Notes under the pieces: generated by a model | Databases searched by the model: none | What the model saw: only the letters and a program-made list of their open reading frames with translations | What the model was told of the DNA's origin: nothing | Assembly: GCA_017499595.2 (NCBI GenBank) | Contig: CM038998.1 | Span: 1,426,001 to 1,490,000 of the forward strand | Direction: 5' to 3' | Length of the DNA: 64,000 bases | Source: Psilocybe cubensis | Lineage: Eukaryota | Program-made: the position numbers and the translations under genes | Shown: piece by piece, positions 13,697 to 26,601 of the stretch | Layout: each line of letters begins with the position of its first letter | How positions within the stretch are numbered: position 1 is the stretch's first letter

Positions 13697-15664
13697 ATGT
13701 CGTCAATTGCATCTAAACGCTATGGCGTAGATGGGGATGAAGAATCAATGGAGGAAGATCGACCCAGCAAACGCGCAAGGATGAGCGTTGAACCAGAAGA
13801 CCAAACGGTTGGTTCAAGGCCTCAGGACAAATCAACCGGTAAAGAAGCGACCGTCATCGAACAAGGGGATGAAGAGGATGAGAATGAAACACCAGACCTA
13901 TCTGAGGAAACACGAGCATCTGACCTATACTTGGACACGGTATATTCCTTCATTAGTTCCTCGTTCTACCCATACTGATTCATTATGCGTTTAGATTAAT
14001 AGAGCTAGCTTGGATTTCGACTTCGAAAAGGTCTGCTCTGTTTCTCTATCCAATATCAATATATATGGATGTCTAGTCTGTGGCAAATACTTCCAAGGTC
14101 GAGGCCGTAAATCCTACGCATATGCACATTCCATTCACGACGATCACCACGTATTCATAAATCTTGAAACTACAAAAGTGCCTTTTATGTTCTATCATAA
14201 TTATGTATATGATCTAACAGGGATATAAGGTCTACGTACTTCCAGATGGATACCTTGTGTCTGATCCTTCGCTGGATGACATTGCCTATGTCCTGGCGCC
14301 GACCTTCACCAAAAATTCCGTATCCAGCTTGTCATCCCCTTCACACCTTTCTCGACTCTCTTACGATCTCGGACACAAACCATACCTATCCGGATACGTT
14401 GGCTTGAATAACATCAAAAGGAACGATCATCTGAACGTCATCATCCATTCCCTTTTGCATGTCCCACCTCTACGGGATTATCTCTTGCTGTCAAATTTTC
14501 GCGGGAAAGAACCGGAACTTTTGAAAAGGTTTGCGGGTTTAACGAAGAAGATTTGGAATCCTAGATTGTTCAAGAGTCAAGTCAGCCCTCACGAGTTTCT
14601 CCAAGAGGTAAATAGAGCCAGTGGAGGAAAGTTCAGTCTAGAACAACAAGGTGACCCAGTCGAATTTCTTGGCTGGTTACTTAACCGCCTCCATAAAGAT
14701 TGCGGTGGGACCAAGAAGAAAGATTCTAGTGAGTTAGCTCCATGCATTAGATGGCTTCATTTAATCATGAGGTATCGAAGGTGTAATTTTCAAGACCTTC
14801 CAAGGAGAGCTTAGGGTTGAAACACAACAGGTGTTGGTTCGACCAGAGTCTGGACCAAATGAAAAACCCAAATTTGATATAGATCGTGGTATGCCTTCAT
14901 CGCTAACTCACTCTTTCGTTGATTCAGGTGCTAAAAAAAGTATCCCATAGAATTGAAAACATCAGTTTCACCTTTTCTGTTTTTAGCCGTCGATCTACCT
15001 CCCCCTCCTCTCTTCCAAGACGCCGTTGAAAAAAATATTATTCCGCAAGTTAGCATCCATTCTGTGTTAGCGAAGTATGACGGAAGGACTGCCCAGGTAT
15101 TTGTTTAGCTTTTTTATCATCTTTACCACGACCAATGTTACGTAGGAATCACCCGGTCAACTTCGTAGATACAAATGCCAGAGACTTCCCCCTTACATTA
15201 TTCTTCACTTCAAACGCTTTACGAAGAATATATTCGTAGAAGAGAAAAACCCAACTATCGTTAATTTTCCGTTACGTGGCCTAGATTTCAAAGAATGTAT
15301 GTGCTCTCATCATCATTTAATGCCTATCAACCCACTTTTTTATTTCGCAGATGTTGATGCTCCTCCAACTAATTCGCCCACAATGTACGATCTGATCGCC
15401 AACGTTACCCATGAATCCGTAGCAGGGACCACCAGAGATAAGGAAAATACTGTGTGGAAAGCCTACATCAGAGCAGGAGGAGGAGGAGGCGATAATGAAA
15501 AATGGTTCATGATACAAGATCTCATTGTGGAAGAAACACGGAAAGAGATGATATTTTTAGGCGAGACAACCTTGCAGGTAATTATTAGTCTGGATTGCCG
15601 GGCAGTGAGCAACAAACTCTAACAACTTGTTTGATAGATCTGGGAGCGCAGAAAAGACGTTTAA
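13697..15664 (+). CDS. SAD1: U4/U6.U5 tri-snRNP-associated protein 2 (Sad1/USP39; inactive USP with ZnF-UBP)
   Basis: LYLDT/INRASLDFDFEKVCSVSLSNINIYGCLVCGKYFQGRG, YVGLNNIKRND, KIWNPRLFKSQVSPHEFLQ, FVEEKNPTIVNFP, and terminal QIWERRKDV*. Confidence 0.95.
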
Positions 15665-15797
15665 TAAGCGGAAGACACCTAGCGCCTGCTAGTCAACCTG
15701 CCCACTTGGGTGCTGGCAATGGTGCTGCTGTATATTGATTAAATGGCATCGTGGGCACTCGAGGTACTGGACATAAACAGTGGAGTCGACTTTTACG

Positions 15798-16111
15798 TTA
15801 GTGGGTCTCCCTATTCTTGGTACTGTCTTGTCCCTTCGGGAGATCGTTCGCGCCTATGACGTTTTGGTGATTCGGTGTACCAGTGCTACGTCTAGTTAGA
15901 AATAACAGCAATCAGTCCCTGAATGCATGTGATTTATCTGCTATAACGAACCGTTTCTCCGTTTCCTGCAGAATCAAAGGTCTGAAAATGTAAACTCCCG
16001 ATACAATGCCTGCAGAAGTTGAAATGACGTTTACCAAGTCCCGACAACGAGCGAACACACACCTGCTGTTGATGCAACGAGGAATGGGGTAGCTCGACGA
16101 ATTGCGGACAT
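15798..16111 (-). CDS. 66-aa single-TM microprotein, PIGBOS1-like (3 exons: 16111-16063, 16009-15952, 15891-15798)
   Basis: Manual splicing of two canonical GT-AG introns gives 201 nt in frame: MSAIRRATPFLVASTAGIVSGVYIFRPLILQETEKRRSTGTPNHQNVIGANDLPKGQDSTKNRETH*. GIVSGVYIFRP resembles PIGBOS1 GIAGGVYIFQP (recalled). Confidence 0.75.
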
Positions 16112-16582
16112 AGTTTGTACCTGATGAAAACCGTCCCGTGCTCACTTCAAGAAAAGATTAAGATAAATATCTAATTGAAGGGAGAATTGTAAACGTTGGA
16201 AGCTCTTACCCGCACGATGTCTGAACAACGGGATATAACTGTGAGTCAAGGTTGAGTCAAGAGTCAAGTGATCAAGTCGTTCAACTTCAAACGCATAGCG
16301 CCGTTTGAAACGGACTTCAAACGACTTTGAAAATGATGAATTGAGATCCCGCAAAATTCAAATGGGTTTACAAGGACAAAGGTGGTGTAACATTTACTGC
16401 AAAAGGAAATCCTAGAACAAACTTGAACATCAGATGAACACCGATGCTGCTGCTCAATCAATTATGGTATCGGCCAACAAAAGAACGGAACTCGGTAAAA
16501 TAAGCAAGATATATCGTATTCCTGATATTTAGGAGAACTTGAAATACGGGTCTTTCACGAATGCATTCAAGTTCACAGGATC

Positions 16583-17046
16583 TCATTTCTTTTCCAAGTC
16601 GGCTTTGATCGCCTAATAAGTGAAAGCAAAGATATAGTTACTAGATGATACAGAGGACATATCAATCAATGCTTACCGCGAGTGCCTTCTTAGCAGCCTC
16701 CTGCTTAGCTTGGTTTATGGTGGGTGCCTCTGCGGTACCTTTGACGACTCCTGAAACTAGGAGAGATTCAGAATCCACCTCCCATTAGTATAACTATATG
16801 TCTGACTTTTGCATTCGACAAGCCAAGTCGGCGCATGATCAGTGCCTTTCTTGGTTTCCGCCCAGCTGAGGGAGCTCGTTGATTGAGTCTTAGCGAGGTC
16901 TATACGTATATTAAATGATTCCATAATCATTGGACAGTGAGGGGAAATGAAAACGCACAATTGTGAAGCGAAGTAACGGGGTCTAAGGTGAATGTCAGGA
17001 TCTTATATAATGATGCAGAGTGAAAGCGTGAGCACTCACTAGACAT
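16583..17046 (-). CDS. 77-aa stand-alone double-stranded RNA-binding domain (DSRM) protein (5 exons: 17046-17040, 16982-16959, 16899-16807, 16756-16677, 16612-16583)
   Basis: Four GT-AG introns give 234 nt in frame: MSNPVTSLHNYLAKTQSTSSLSWAETKKGTDHAPTWLVECKISGVVKGTAEAPTINQAKQEAAKKALAAIKADLEKK*. This fits the alpha-beta-beta-beta-alpha dsRBD consensus (NPxSxLxxY, GxxHxPxW, G-A, AKQxAAxxAL). Confidence 0.82.
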
Positions 17047-20000
17047 GGTAGGTTGATCTAGGTGAGTTGAAAAGAGGGCACCAGAAGTTGAGAATTGGTG
17101 AGCAATCGTCCGTCCTTTTGTAGGCGCTTGGTCGACCGAGAAATAAATATTAGTGATCAGAAAACCCGGCAAACTGTGTATCTATGCCAATTAAAAAATG
17201 TCCGAGTGAAAGACTTGATGGGTAATGATGCATCTGCTTGTACATTCAGATCATCCTATTGATCGCCCGCATCTTGCGGACAGATCCACACATACCAAAC
17301 AAAACAAAAGGTGGCATGCTTTAATAACCTATATGAACCATGGGGTCAATGTGGAGCTCGATAGAGATTGATAAAGTATGAATCATCTTTGTTCGTATCA
17401 TATACGCTTTTGTGCGAAACGGGTATTCGGAAAGTGAAGGCGCATTCCAGCCCTCCGACAGTGGTCGTGAAAGCAAGACTCGGGGAAAACCCTGCGATAA
17501 TTCCAATTGGTTCGAGACAGGACAGATGGATCTATTTCTCAAATATGGATCTGCGAGGGATTTCAGGGGTATTCAATGACCTGAAAGGCCAAAGACGCTA
17601 TCCTGGGTAGCCCGTATGTCCCGGACAAAGTCGCTGGCTGATCAGCTTGCCTCGGGAGCGTTGTCCATAGTCGTCTTGTCGGTAATTGACATGAGCGTCT
17701 CGGCGATAGGTATTTTAAGGAGCTTGATATCTGCGCTTGGATGTTCACATGTTCTAATGGTAATATAAGGGAAAGTCATAGAGCTGGAAAAAGAGTATAA
17801 TCTTTAAAATTTCCATTATGATTGAGGAAAACATCAGCAAATAACCCCCGAATGATATCATCTGTAGCCCCCTTTTTGTCGGTTCACTTACTTCGAAAAA
17901 TAGTTCCCGTGTAGCTTATACCCAGCTAGGTCATGGGCGCAAGACGGTCCGATTTCCGAATAATATCTGAAAGTGTATATGTAGAAAAGAAAGCGTCGTT
18001 GTGTAAATATGTCACCAAGAAGGAGCAAATCGTGCGGTGGGAATACATCCCTTTTGTTAACTAGTTCATGAGCCAATTGTCAGCCAGTAGTTTCATGCAT
18101 ATATCGCATTAATATCAATGGGATGTACGTCATACAGAAATGCAAAATTACAGGGCAAATTAGACAAAACAAAGAAGCCTGCGAATCATTGAGCATGGAA
18201 AGAGTAAAATCCGTCAAGAGGTGCCTGAAGAACTGGTGCTTGCTCCCACAAGATAGGCCCACGCAATGTCGGCCGCAATGTTTTTGGCAGCATGCTTTTG
18301 AGGAGCAGTCCCTTCCCCACGTGGTACACCGTTGACTACATTGTTTCCATTTGAGCTGCTATCTGTCAGAAGGTCAGGCATGTAGATGCTCACTTTTGCA
18401 GACACAGGTCCACATTCTCTCGTGGGCAGGGCCCGAGCATGACTCAAGCCAACTAAGTGCTGTTAACCGCCCATGGGCTTGAAGGTCTAGATTCCCGCCC
18501 GGGTAAGCAAACTGTGCTTGATATTGGAGCCGACTTACAGATGTTGAGGCGAGAAGTGCCTGTCATGCGTGATAAATAATGCAGAGAAAAAACATCGTGT
18601 GAGTCTACTCACCTGTCGATGTCTGTGACATTCTAACTCTGCTGAAGATTCCCCCTCTCAGCCTCGACGGCCTTTATATCCCTTTCAACGAACCCCCGCA
18701 AGTGCCTTGTCCTTTCAGCTCGACATAAAAGGCACCATTAATCATCGGAAGATTAACATTAATCCATGTCGCAAATCTCGATAGTTGGACAAAGCGAGAA
18801 GCCAAGGATACTGTATAGAGAAGAGGGAATGGTGGAGTGTATGAAACGATTGCAATTTCCAGGGAAAATAAAAAACAGCGAAGGTGGGATGCCACTGTGC
18901 GCGAGGTCAGGCAATACCGCGGATTGAACATTTAATGGAGAAGACGGGGGTTATGATCACTGGTTCCTTCGACAATTTCTGCATTGTCCTGTTTGCGAAG
19001 TCTCTTGGTGGGAACAAAAGACATGGCTGGGACTACCAGGCTGCGGGTAAGGACACTGGAAGGTTGGTTTCAGCCACGCGGAGGCCACGCACGAAACGGA
19101 ACTCGACTCGAATATCCGATGAAAACCGCAACATCAAAAAAATTACGGAACTCAAATATGGGTCCAAAGGTACATTAGCTATGGAACGGCGGTTAGACAG
19201 ACCGAGTCCAAAACACGGCGAAGAGGTGGATATACATACGCATCACTGCAGCGGCTATAATAGCATTGTAAGAGGTGATATTTTGTGATATTTGAGAAGT
19301 GGATCTGGTTAATCGATGGCTACTAGAGGATGAAAATATGGCAGGCCGTGCTCAGTCGTGGTGCTGTTGTACCATAAACTTGGCCCAAGTTTGCTGATTG
19401 CGGTCGCGTACTTATCGGCACAAATATTTTCTGTTATCCTACGATTCTTCAAAAACAGTGTGCAAGCAAGGTCCAGATGGTTCTTCACGTCATATTCAAC
19501 GTATACTGATAAAGATGGCGCGGGATAGCACATATATGTACCAGATCGGTTCCAGAGATCCAAGTACGGTTGCCTATAAAAACGTTTCTTGATGAAGTAA
19601 ATTTGGACGTGTCTCCTTGCAGAAAGTAGTTTAGGAAGAAGGTGCGGCGTAGCTTTCCAAACACATCGTGCGAAGAGAAAGATTTGAGAAGAAAATCCTC
19701 ATTTTGCAAATGCGACAGGTACTGACGGGCATTTGGCCTTGTCTGTCATATTATTTACATCAACGCTCAGAATACAGAGCGAGTAATCATCCATCTAGGG
19801 TTCCCGCGTTCAATGGATGAGACTAAAGGCGATTTTATCATCAAGATGGATCAGAGACGCCGGTGGAATTTTCCGCAAACAGATCGATCAAAACTCACCC
19901 TAACTGGTTACCTGAGGAGAGGAAGTCCAATGGCATAGCGCATAGAATCTTCATTTGACGCTATGGACTTCGTGGATAGAGAGCCCTGATGCATATCGCG

Positions 20001-21644
20001 ATTCTCTCTTTTTCTCTTTCTTGTTGAGTAACCAAGCATCCAGCAAAATGCTTATCCATCGGCTAGATTCTGTGAGATCTGTACAGCGCCCGTGTCCAAA
20101 ACGTCGGATATGCTAACTGGGTATCCCACAGTGAATATTTCGGACACCGAACCAGAGTCAAGAACTGAAAGAGGCTCACCACGGCGAAAAACTGCGAGAT
20201 GCAGTTTAGATACAAATCGAACATGTCGGAATTTTGAAAAATTGGGGTATGGCATTGAATCGCTTTGTCCAGGGAAATCGTTGTTCCCCGATTGGCAAGT
20301 GGATCCTTGGATTTGCGGTACGTGCTGCAAAATAGTTGCGCTTTAACTCGATACTTAGTTAAGTAAATCCAACAGGAATCTGCGAAGAGCTGGAATGAAA
20401 CCCGTGTTTGGTTCTATTTCACAGACACTGTCAAGCTTCGAAATGCCAGAGTACTCATGATTTCACCGGGTAGGCAGCCTGGCAACACTAAAATGTATCC
20501 ACCTTTGAGCTTCGAATAGGATGGATCATTTGAAAGTATACCAGAGAGAAATGGCACATGAAGCAACACCAACAGCAGACCAGTCATCGTAACCGGAGAG
20601 GCCGCGGAAAATTTGTACGCTTGAGCTCGGAGGGATTACATTTTGGACACAGTGTCGGCAAATAACAATTCCGAGTTTGAAGAAGTGATGGGCTTGATAA
20701 TGGACATCGACATGGCTCTGTTTTGAGACAACTCAATGACATACATATTGACTGCACAAAAAAGTTCGATTTGCGGAGGCTATGTCGTGATACACGAGCC
20801 ACCTACTAAGATACAAAAACTGGTCAAAACAGAGTTACCGACATCAGTTCGGGAGGTCATACCTCATTATGGATCTTAGCGGTGCGTTTGCAGTGAGAGA
20901 ATTATAGTTCACCAGAGGTTCTTCGCGTTGGCCTGTTTTTTGCGATATAATCATCGAAGATAGATCACAGCAGGCGGGAAGTGTTCGCGCGCTTCGAGGA
21001 ATGTTGCAATCAGAACATAGATACATATGCATATTTGAAAGTGAGAAGATGGCCAACCCAATCGAGTGAAAATGTCTATTCTGGTCTGCGGATCTAATCG
21101 GTTGATAAAGGACAGACACTGGAACGGCCTGAAAGCAAAAGACTGCCAGGTTGCAACAGACGGTGATAAGGACGAACAGCGGCTGTACGGCTGTACGGGA
21201 AAATGTCTTGGATATTTTTTCTGCAACCTACATTCGCAATATCTCCGTCTAGGAGATGGTGTGGGGGATATTGAAAAAGCTTAATGAAACAGGAACAGAA
21301 GCAGAGGTAATTGAGCGCATATATGAGGGCAAGACGAGGTGATATGTCAGAGCACGGCACTTGAATGAAGGGCGTGCCGGAATGAAGATTGTTTAAAATG
21401 AATTGGCGCGGAGAGTGGCAAGGGCGGCAAGTTGCGGAGATGTGAGCGTACAGGGATCAGACAACTGCACAAGACAACCGGGGTCTGTCCTTTTACATCA
21501 GCACTCTTTTTCTCACTCATCGTCCTTTCCCTCCCCACCGCCCTGCTCGTCGTCCACGACGTCCTCCAGCCATCCTATCCATCCTATTTCTTGGCCCAGT
21601 CTCTCTTCCCACGCTCTCCGCGTTCCTTTCTAATTCTTCCGACG

Positions 21645-21695
21645 GTGACTCTTCTTGTACCCAATTTCAACTGCTTTCTGACTGACTTCGTCCAG
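21645..21695 (+). other. Probable 5'-UTR intron of the G-beta gene
   Basis: GTGACT donor, CTGAC branch site and TCCAG acceptor, 51 nt long, inside a pyrimidine-rich leader about 50 nt upstream of the ATG at 21748. Confidence 0.5.
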
Positions 21696-21747
21696 TACCC
21701 CCATCCTCCGCCTGTCTCCTCCAAGTCCCACAGCACACCCCCCAGCC

Positions 21748-23023
21748 ATGTCTCAAAATCAAGGCGATATCCAGGAGCGTATTGCTGCCGCGCGTAGAGA
21801 AGCGGAAAGTTTGAAGGAAAAAATCAGAGCAAAGCGAGAATCATCAGCTGATACTAGCTGTGAGTATTTCTGACACCTCACGCATGTCGCTCTCGGTGTC
21901 TTACACTGAATCCAGTGCGTGCTATGGCCGCAGAGGTCGATGCGCTCCCTCGAATTGTAATGCGCCCTAGGCGCGCTCTCAGGGGCCATCTTGCGAAGAT
22001 TTACGCTATGCACTGGGCTGCAGACAGACGCCATCTTGTTTCTGCCTCTCAAGATGGAAAGCTCATTGTCTGGGACGCTTATACCACTAACAAAGTTCAT
22101 GCTATTCCCCTGCGATCCAGTTGGGTCATGACTTGTGCTTACTCACCATCGGGTAACTTTGTTGCCTGTGGTGGGCTAGACAACATTTGCTCCATTTACG
22201 CTTTGAACAACAAAGACGGGACAAGTGCCAAAGGCGCCCGTGAGCTGAGCGCCCACTCTGGATATCTCAGTTGCTGCCGCTTCATCAACGATCGCCAAAT
22301 TGTGACCAGTTCGGGTGACATGACTTGTATGCTTTGGGACATTGAAGCTGGTGTACGAGTAGTCGAATTCAGTGACCACACCGGAGATGTCATGAGGTAG
22401 AGTCCTTCATGTACTTTTCTTTTGTTGCATGGCGTTAATTTTTTCTTAGCCTTTCCTTGGGACCTAATCAAAACATCTTTGTCTCTGGCGCCTGTGATGC
22501 GACTGCCAAACTATGGGATATTAGAACTGGTCGCGCCACACAGACATTCACTGGTCACGAGTCAGATATCAACGCCGTCCAGTATGTATCAATTTCATAT
22601 GCAATCAATTTGAGACAATTTCAACTGATTGCTTTTACCCCTAGATTCTTCCCCAACGGTGATGCATTTGCTACCGGTTCCGACGACGCCTCTTGCCGTT
22701 TGTTTGATATTCGTGCGGATCGTGAATTAAACGCCTTCACCCATGATAACATTCTGTGCGGTATCACGTCTGTAGCATTTTCAATCTCCGGTCGTATCCT
22801 TTTTGGAGGCTACGATGATTGGACTTGCAATGTCTGGGACACCTTGAAGGGAGAGCGTGTTGGTGTTTTGACAGGCCACGAGAACAGAGTTAGTTGCTTG
22901 GGCGTCAGCGTTGATGGAATGGCTCTTTGCACCGGTAGTTGGGATAGCACCCTCAGAGTACGCTCTCCGATTTATGTATGCGCGAAAAAATTGCTTACAC
23001 TCTTTTTTCAGGTCTGGGCGTAG
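21748..23023 (+). CDS. GPB1: Heterotrimeric G-protein beta subunit (WD40)
   Basis: N-terminal coiled coil ([17 protein letters not shown]), [67 protein letters not shown] and [11 protein letters not shown]. Near-identical to fungal and animal G-beta. Confidence 0.98.
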
Positions 23024-23566
23024 TGTTTACAAACTAATGTTTTGTTTCTTTCACCGTCGCTTCTTCGATAGAAGAAGAAATTTTTTTATCCGTCGATGTC
23101 AGTTGCGATTCGGTGTCTGCATCTTATATGACAATCTATTACTTACTTGCGAGGGCTTTTGAACATGATGGAAATGGGCAAAAGAGTTTATTGTTACTGC
23201 GTAACTGTAGCGTTCATCAATGTTCCAACTTCGATACCAGTTTTCTTTTCCATCTATTGTTCACAGCTCCATTGCTTTTCTCTGTGCTCTCTGGTTTCTA
23301 TTCCTTTCTTTCTGTTTATATACCGGCAAATTCTATTATTACTGCACTCCCTATGCCATAACCTTTGTCTTTTTACGTTTGACCACAGCTTGGAAGACAC
23401 GTCGACACATCGGGAGTGGTTTGAATCTCGTGATGTGCTACGGCTTCCGTTTTTGGTAATACATATTGACGTCGTCGACGCGACAAGTCGATTCACAAAC
23501 GTTGCTCATTTTTCATTCACCTTCACATATATTGCCATCGTTGGCAAACAACTCCAAGCATTCAAT

Positions 23567-26446
23567 ATGTCAGAAGAAGACCGCGCAGCCAAGGCAGCAA
23601 GAGCAAAGGCTTTGGTAATGATTTCTCTTTCAATACTTTATTACCCTGCTTAATTTCAATGTTCATCAATGTACTGTAGCTCAAGAAACGCCAACAAAAG
23701 AAGGCTGCGGACTCTGTTGCCGCCGTAGTGAGCTCAACCTCTGGCTCGCCCGTTGTTCCTTCCAGGACTTTCTCTCCAGCTCCGGAGGAAGATAAACGAG
23801 ATTTAGGAGACGTGTAGGTCATGTTCTACCAGGCCGTGGTCATTCTTACAATAGCAGGGCTAATATGCATCCGCGCAGCTTCTCTGCAGACACCTCAGAC
23901 ACTTCATGGCTCACTTCATTGCCGCGAGTTACATCCTCTCCTCCGCCTGCTCACATCCCACCAAAATCACCACCGCCTGGTCGCCGTGTATCCCTGGTTT
24001 CTCCCCAAGCCGTAGCTGTGCCAAACGACCACCCGGCTTCTTCGTCAGCAACATTACTATCTGCAGATCCCGCTACTTTGCAAGTCCAGTTAGGCTTACT
24101 TTCTAAAGAGAATGAAACGCTGGTTGCTACAATAGCCCAGCTACGGCAGTTCGAGACTGGTGGGTCCAGTTATGAATCTATAGGTTTCCTGTCATAATTA
24201 TCGTCCTAAAGCTGCTCAGGAGGCGCAGACCTTACTGGAAGCCGAACGGAAAGCACTTCAGGCACTTCAGTTTGACTATTCCAAGTTACAATCGGATACA
24301 AATATTGCTCTTGCAAATGAACGAGAAACTGTATCGTTATTGGTGACAGAGAAGGCTCATTTAACCTCGGAGTTGCAGAAACGTGAAGAATTTGAATCTA
24401 GTAAGCCAATGATATATCATCTAGTGACGGTCACTGATAACATTGCTCCAGAGGCTCAAGCATTGGAAGAACAGCTAGAGACAGAGCAAACGAGGTCGAA
24501 GGATCTAACAACTCAAGCCTCAGAGTTACAAACACAGGTTCAGGATGTATCTCAACGTTTGAAACAACTCGAATTTAGAGAGAAAGAAATCCTTGACCGT
24601 TGTAAAGATCACGTACGGTGTATAACTTTGCGATGTGGTACACCGATGATCAACTCATTCATAGGAACGCCAATTACACATTGCCACTACCGCGGGAGCA
24701 GAGTCACGCAAAGAGGCCGACGAAGCGCAACGCAAACTGCGCGAATTGGAGGATCAAATCCAAAGCGACGACCGCGTTGAACGCCTGGAATCATCCTTAA
24801 AGAATACTCAAGATCGTGCCGATGAGCTGGAGTTCCAAGTATCCAAACTCAAACAGGTACTTAAATGATTGAAATTATTCACACAACCCCACTCATCGTC
24901 AACATAGAGTTATGCATCCCTCAAGTCCGAAAAAGAAGCTCTTGACTCCCAATTGAACAGTAGTAAAGCGAAGGAGTCAGATTGGACTGTACAGCGATCG
25001 AAGCTTGAATCACAGGTTGACCAGGCTCGAAAAGAGCTAACTGCCATCCAATCTGAGCGCAATGCCATCATTGCAGAAAAGTCGAAGCTTCAAGAGGTCA
25101 CAGAAACTCAATCCAATACTATCAATGGCCTTGAAGAGAAGCTTACTCTGGCCACGTCTGCTCTGGCTATTAGTGCCAAACAGGCTCAAAATCTTCAGCA
25201 GGATCTGAAGAATGCTATCCGACGAGCAGACGATGCAGAGAATACTCAGAGAAACCTGCAAGCTGAAGGGAGCAGACTTATGGAAGCTGTTGATGAAATG
25301 CGCCCGAAGATCGTGGAGCTTACGTCTACCAAGCTTGAACTTTCTGAGCGGGTGGAAAATCTGGAACACACACTTCGAAACCGGGATTCTGTCATATCGC
25401 AGTTGGAAAATGACTTAGGGGAAGCACGCGAACAGAATGAACAGATTGAGGCAACATGGAAAAAACGCATGGAGGAACAAGAAAAGCGACACAAAGAAAC
25501 TCAAAATGGTGTCACGGATATTCAAAAGGCGTATACCGAACTTCAGGAAGAACTCAATAGCGCCTTAGCTAGTGTCAAAAATTTGGAAACCCAACGCACA
25601 AATCAGCATCAAGAAGCATCACGTCTTTTGGAGGAGGTCGAGCGTTTGACAATTCTCCTACAAACGCAGGGAGAAGAATTAGACGCCGTTAGGCATGAAC
25701 TGGAAGCACGGAATGAGGCACATGTAAAAATTTCTCTTTCAGTTCCATATTCTATATCTGATTTTTTTTGGTAGGAGGAAGAACAAGATTTTTTGGAGCG
25801 TGCCCAAAACGAGATTGAAACCCTTCGAGCCGAAATTAGTGCCCGAGATAGCGAAATTGAACATCTTCGTGAATCTACCAAATCCCCTCAGTCTGATGCA
25901 CCTAGATCTCTTGACGACGAATTACTCAGCTCGATCAGGCAGCAGCACGCAATAGAGATTTCCGCCGCCACCTCTCAAATTAGAGCCTTGGAAAACACCA
26001 TCTTTGACAAGGATAGTATCAATCACTCACTCCAGAAGCAAATCAACAAATTAGAAGAGGAGTTGGCTCACTTGAGGTCGAACTCGCGACTGGGACCGCC
26101 CTCAAGACCAGCCAGTCGGTCGCTGGAAAATGATGTCCGCCGGTCGTCTTTGCACTCCCACCGAGGGAACCAGCCACCTTTAGCTCGCACAATATTCGAT
26201 CATGCCATGACCCCCGAGACACGCCATAAACGGAAGGTCAGCCTCAGTATGCTGAAAGCTCGCATAGAAAGTGAGGCGAAACCGATCTCCCAGCCAGCAT
26301 CCCGGGCATTGTCACCAGTTCATTCTGAAGGCCATTCTCGACCATCATCGGTAGCATCAGTACCGCATATACATCGACCGCAGTTTTTGGACGAGTCTCA
26401 CGTATTTTGGTGCCACTCATGCCAAGGGGATCTTGTAATTCTGTAA
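23567..26446 (+). CDS. Long coiled-coil golgin, GM130/Bug1/Golgin-45-like
   Basis: N-terminus MSEEDRAAKAARAKAL/LKKRQQKK, several hundred aa of heptad-rich E/Q/K/L sequence, and C-terminus FLDESHVFWCHSCQGDLVIL*. About 8 exons. Confidence 0.7.
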
Positions 26447-26601
26447 AATGTCCACCTAGTATTGGGATTATAGTAGCTACGGCTGTGAAGGTATTACACA
26501 AAATTGAAGTGACATTGAATGTGATGAATTCCGATGAACAAAACAAAAGAGAGAAAAATAGTTCGCGCATGATTTCATGAGTGGACATTGTCTGGCATTA
26601 T

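Noticed and set aside
15578-15622. Intron-retained SAD1 ORF ends in ...SNKL*
   Set aside because: This is a weak PTS1 variant on a nuclear spliceosomal protein, and retention would delete the conserved IWER terminus.
19897-19904. ACCCTAAC, resembling a telomerase-RNA template
   Set aside because: It is only 8 nt, similar words occur in coding and intron sequence elsewhere, and I could see no supporting pseudoknot or other TER element.
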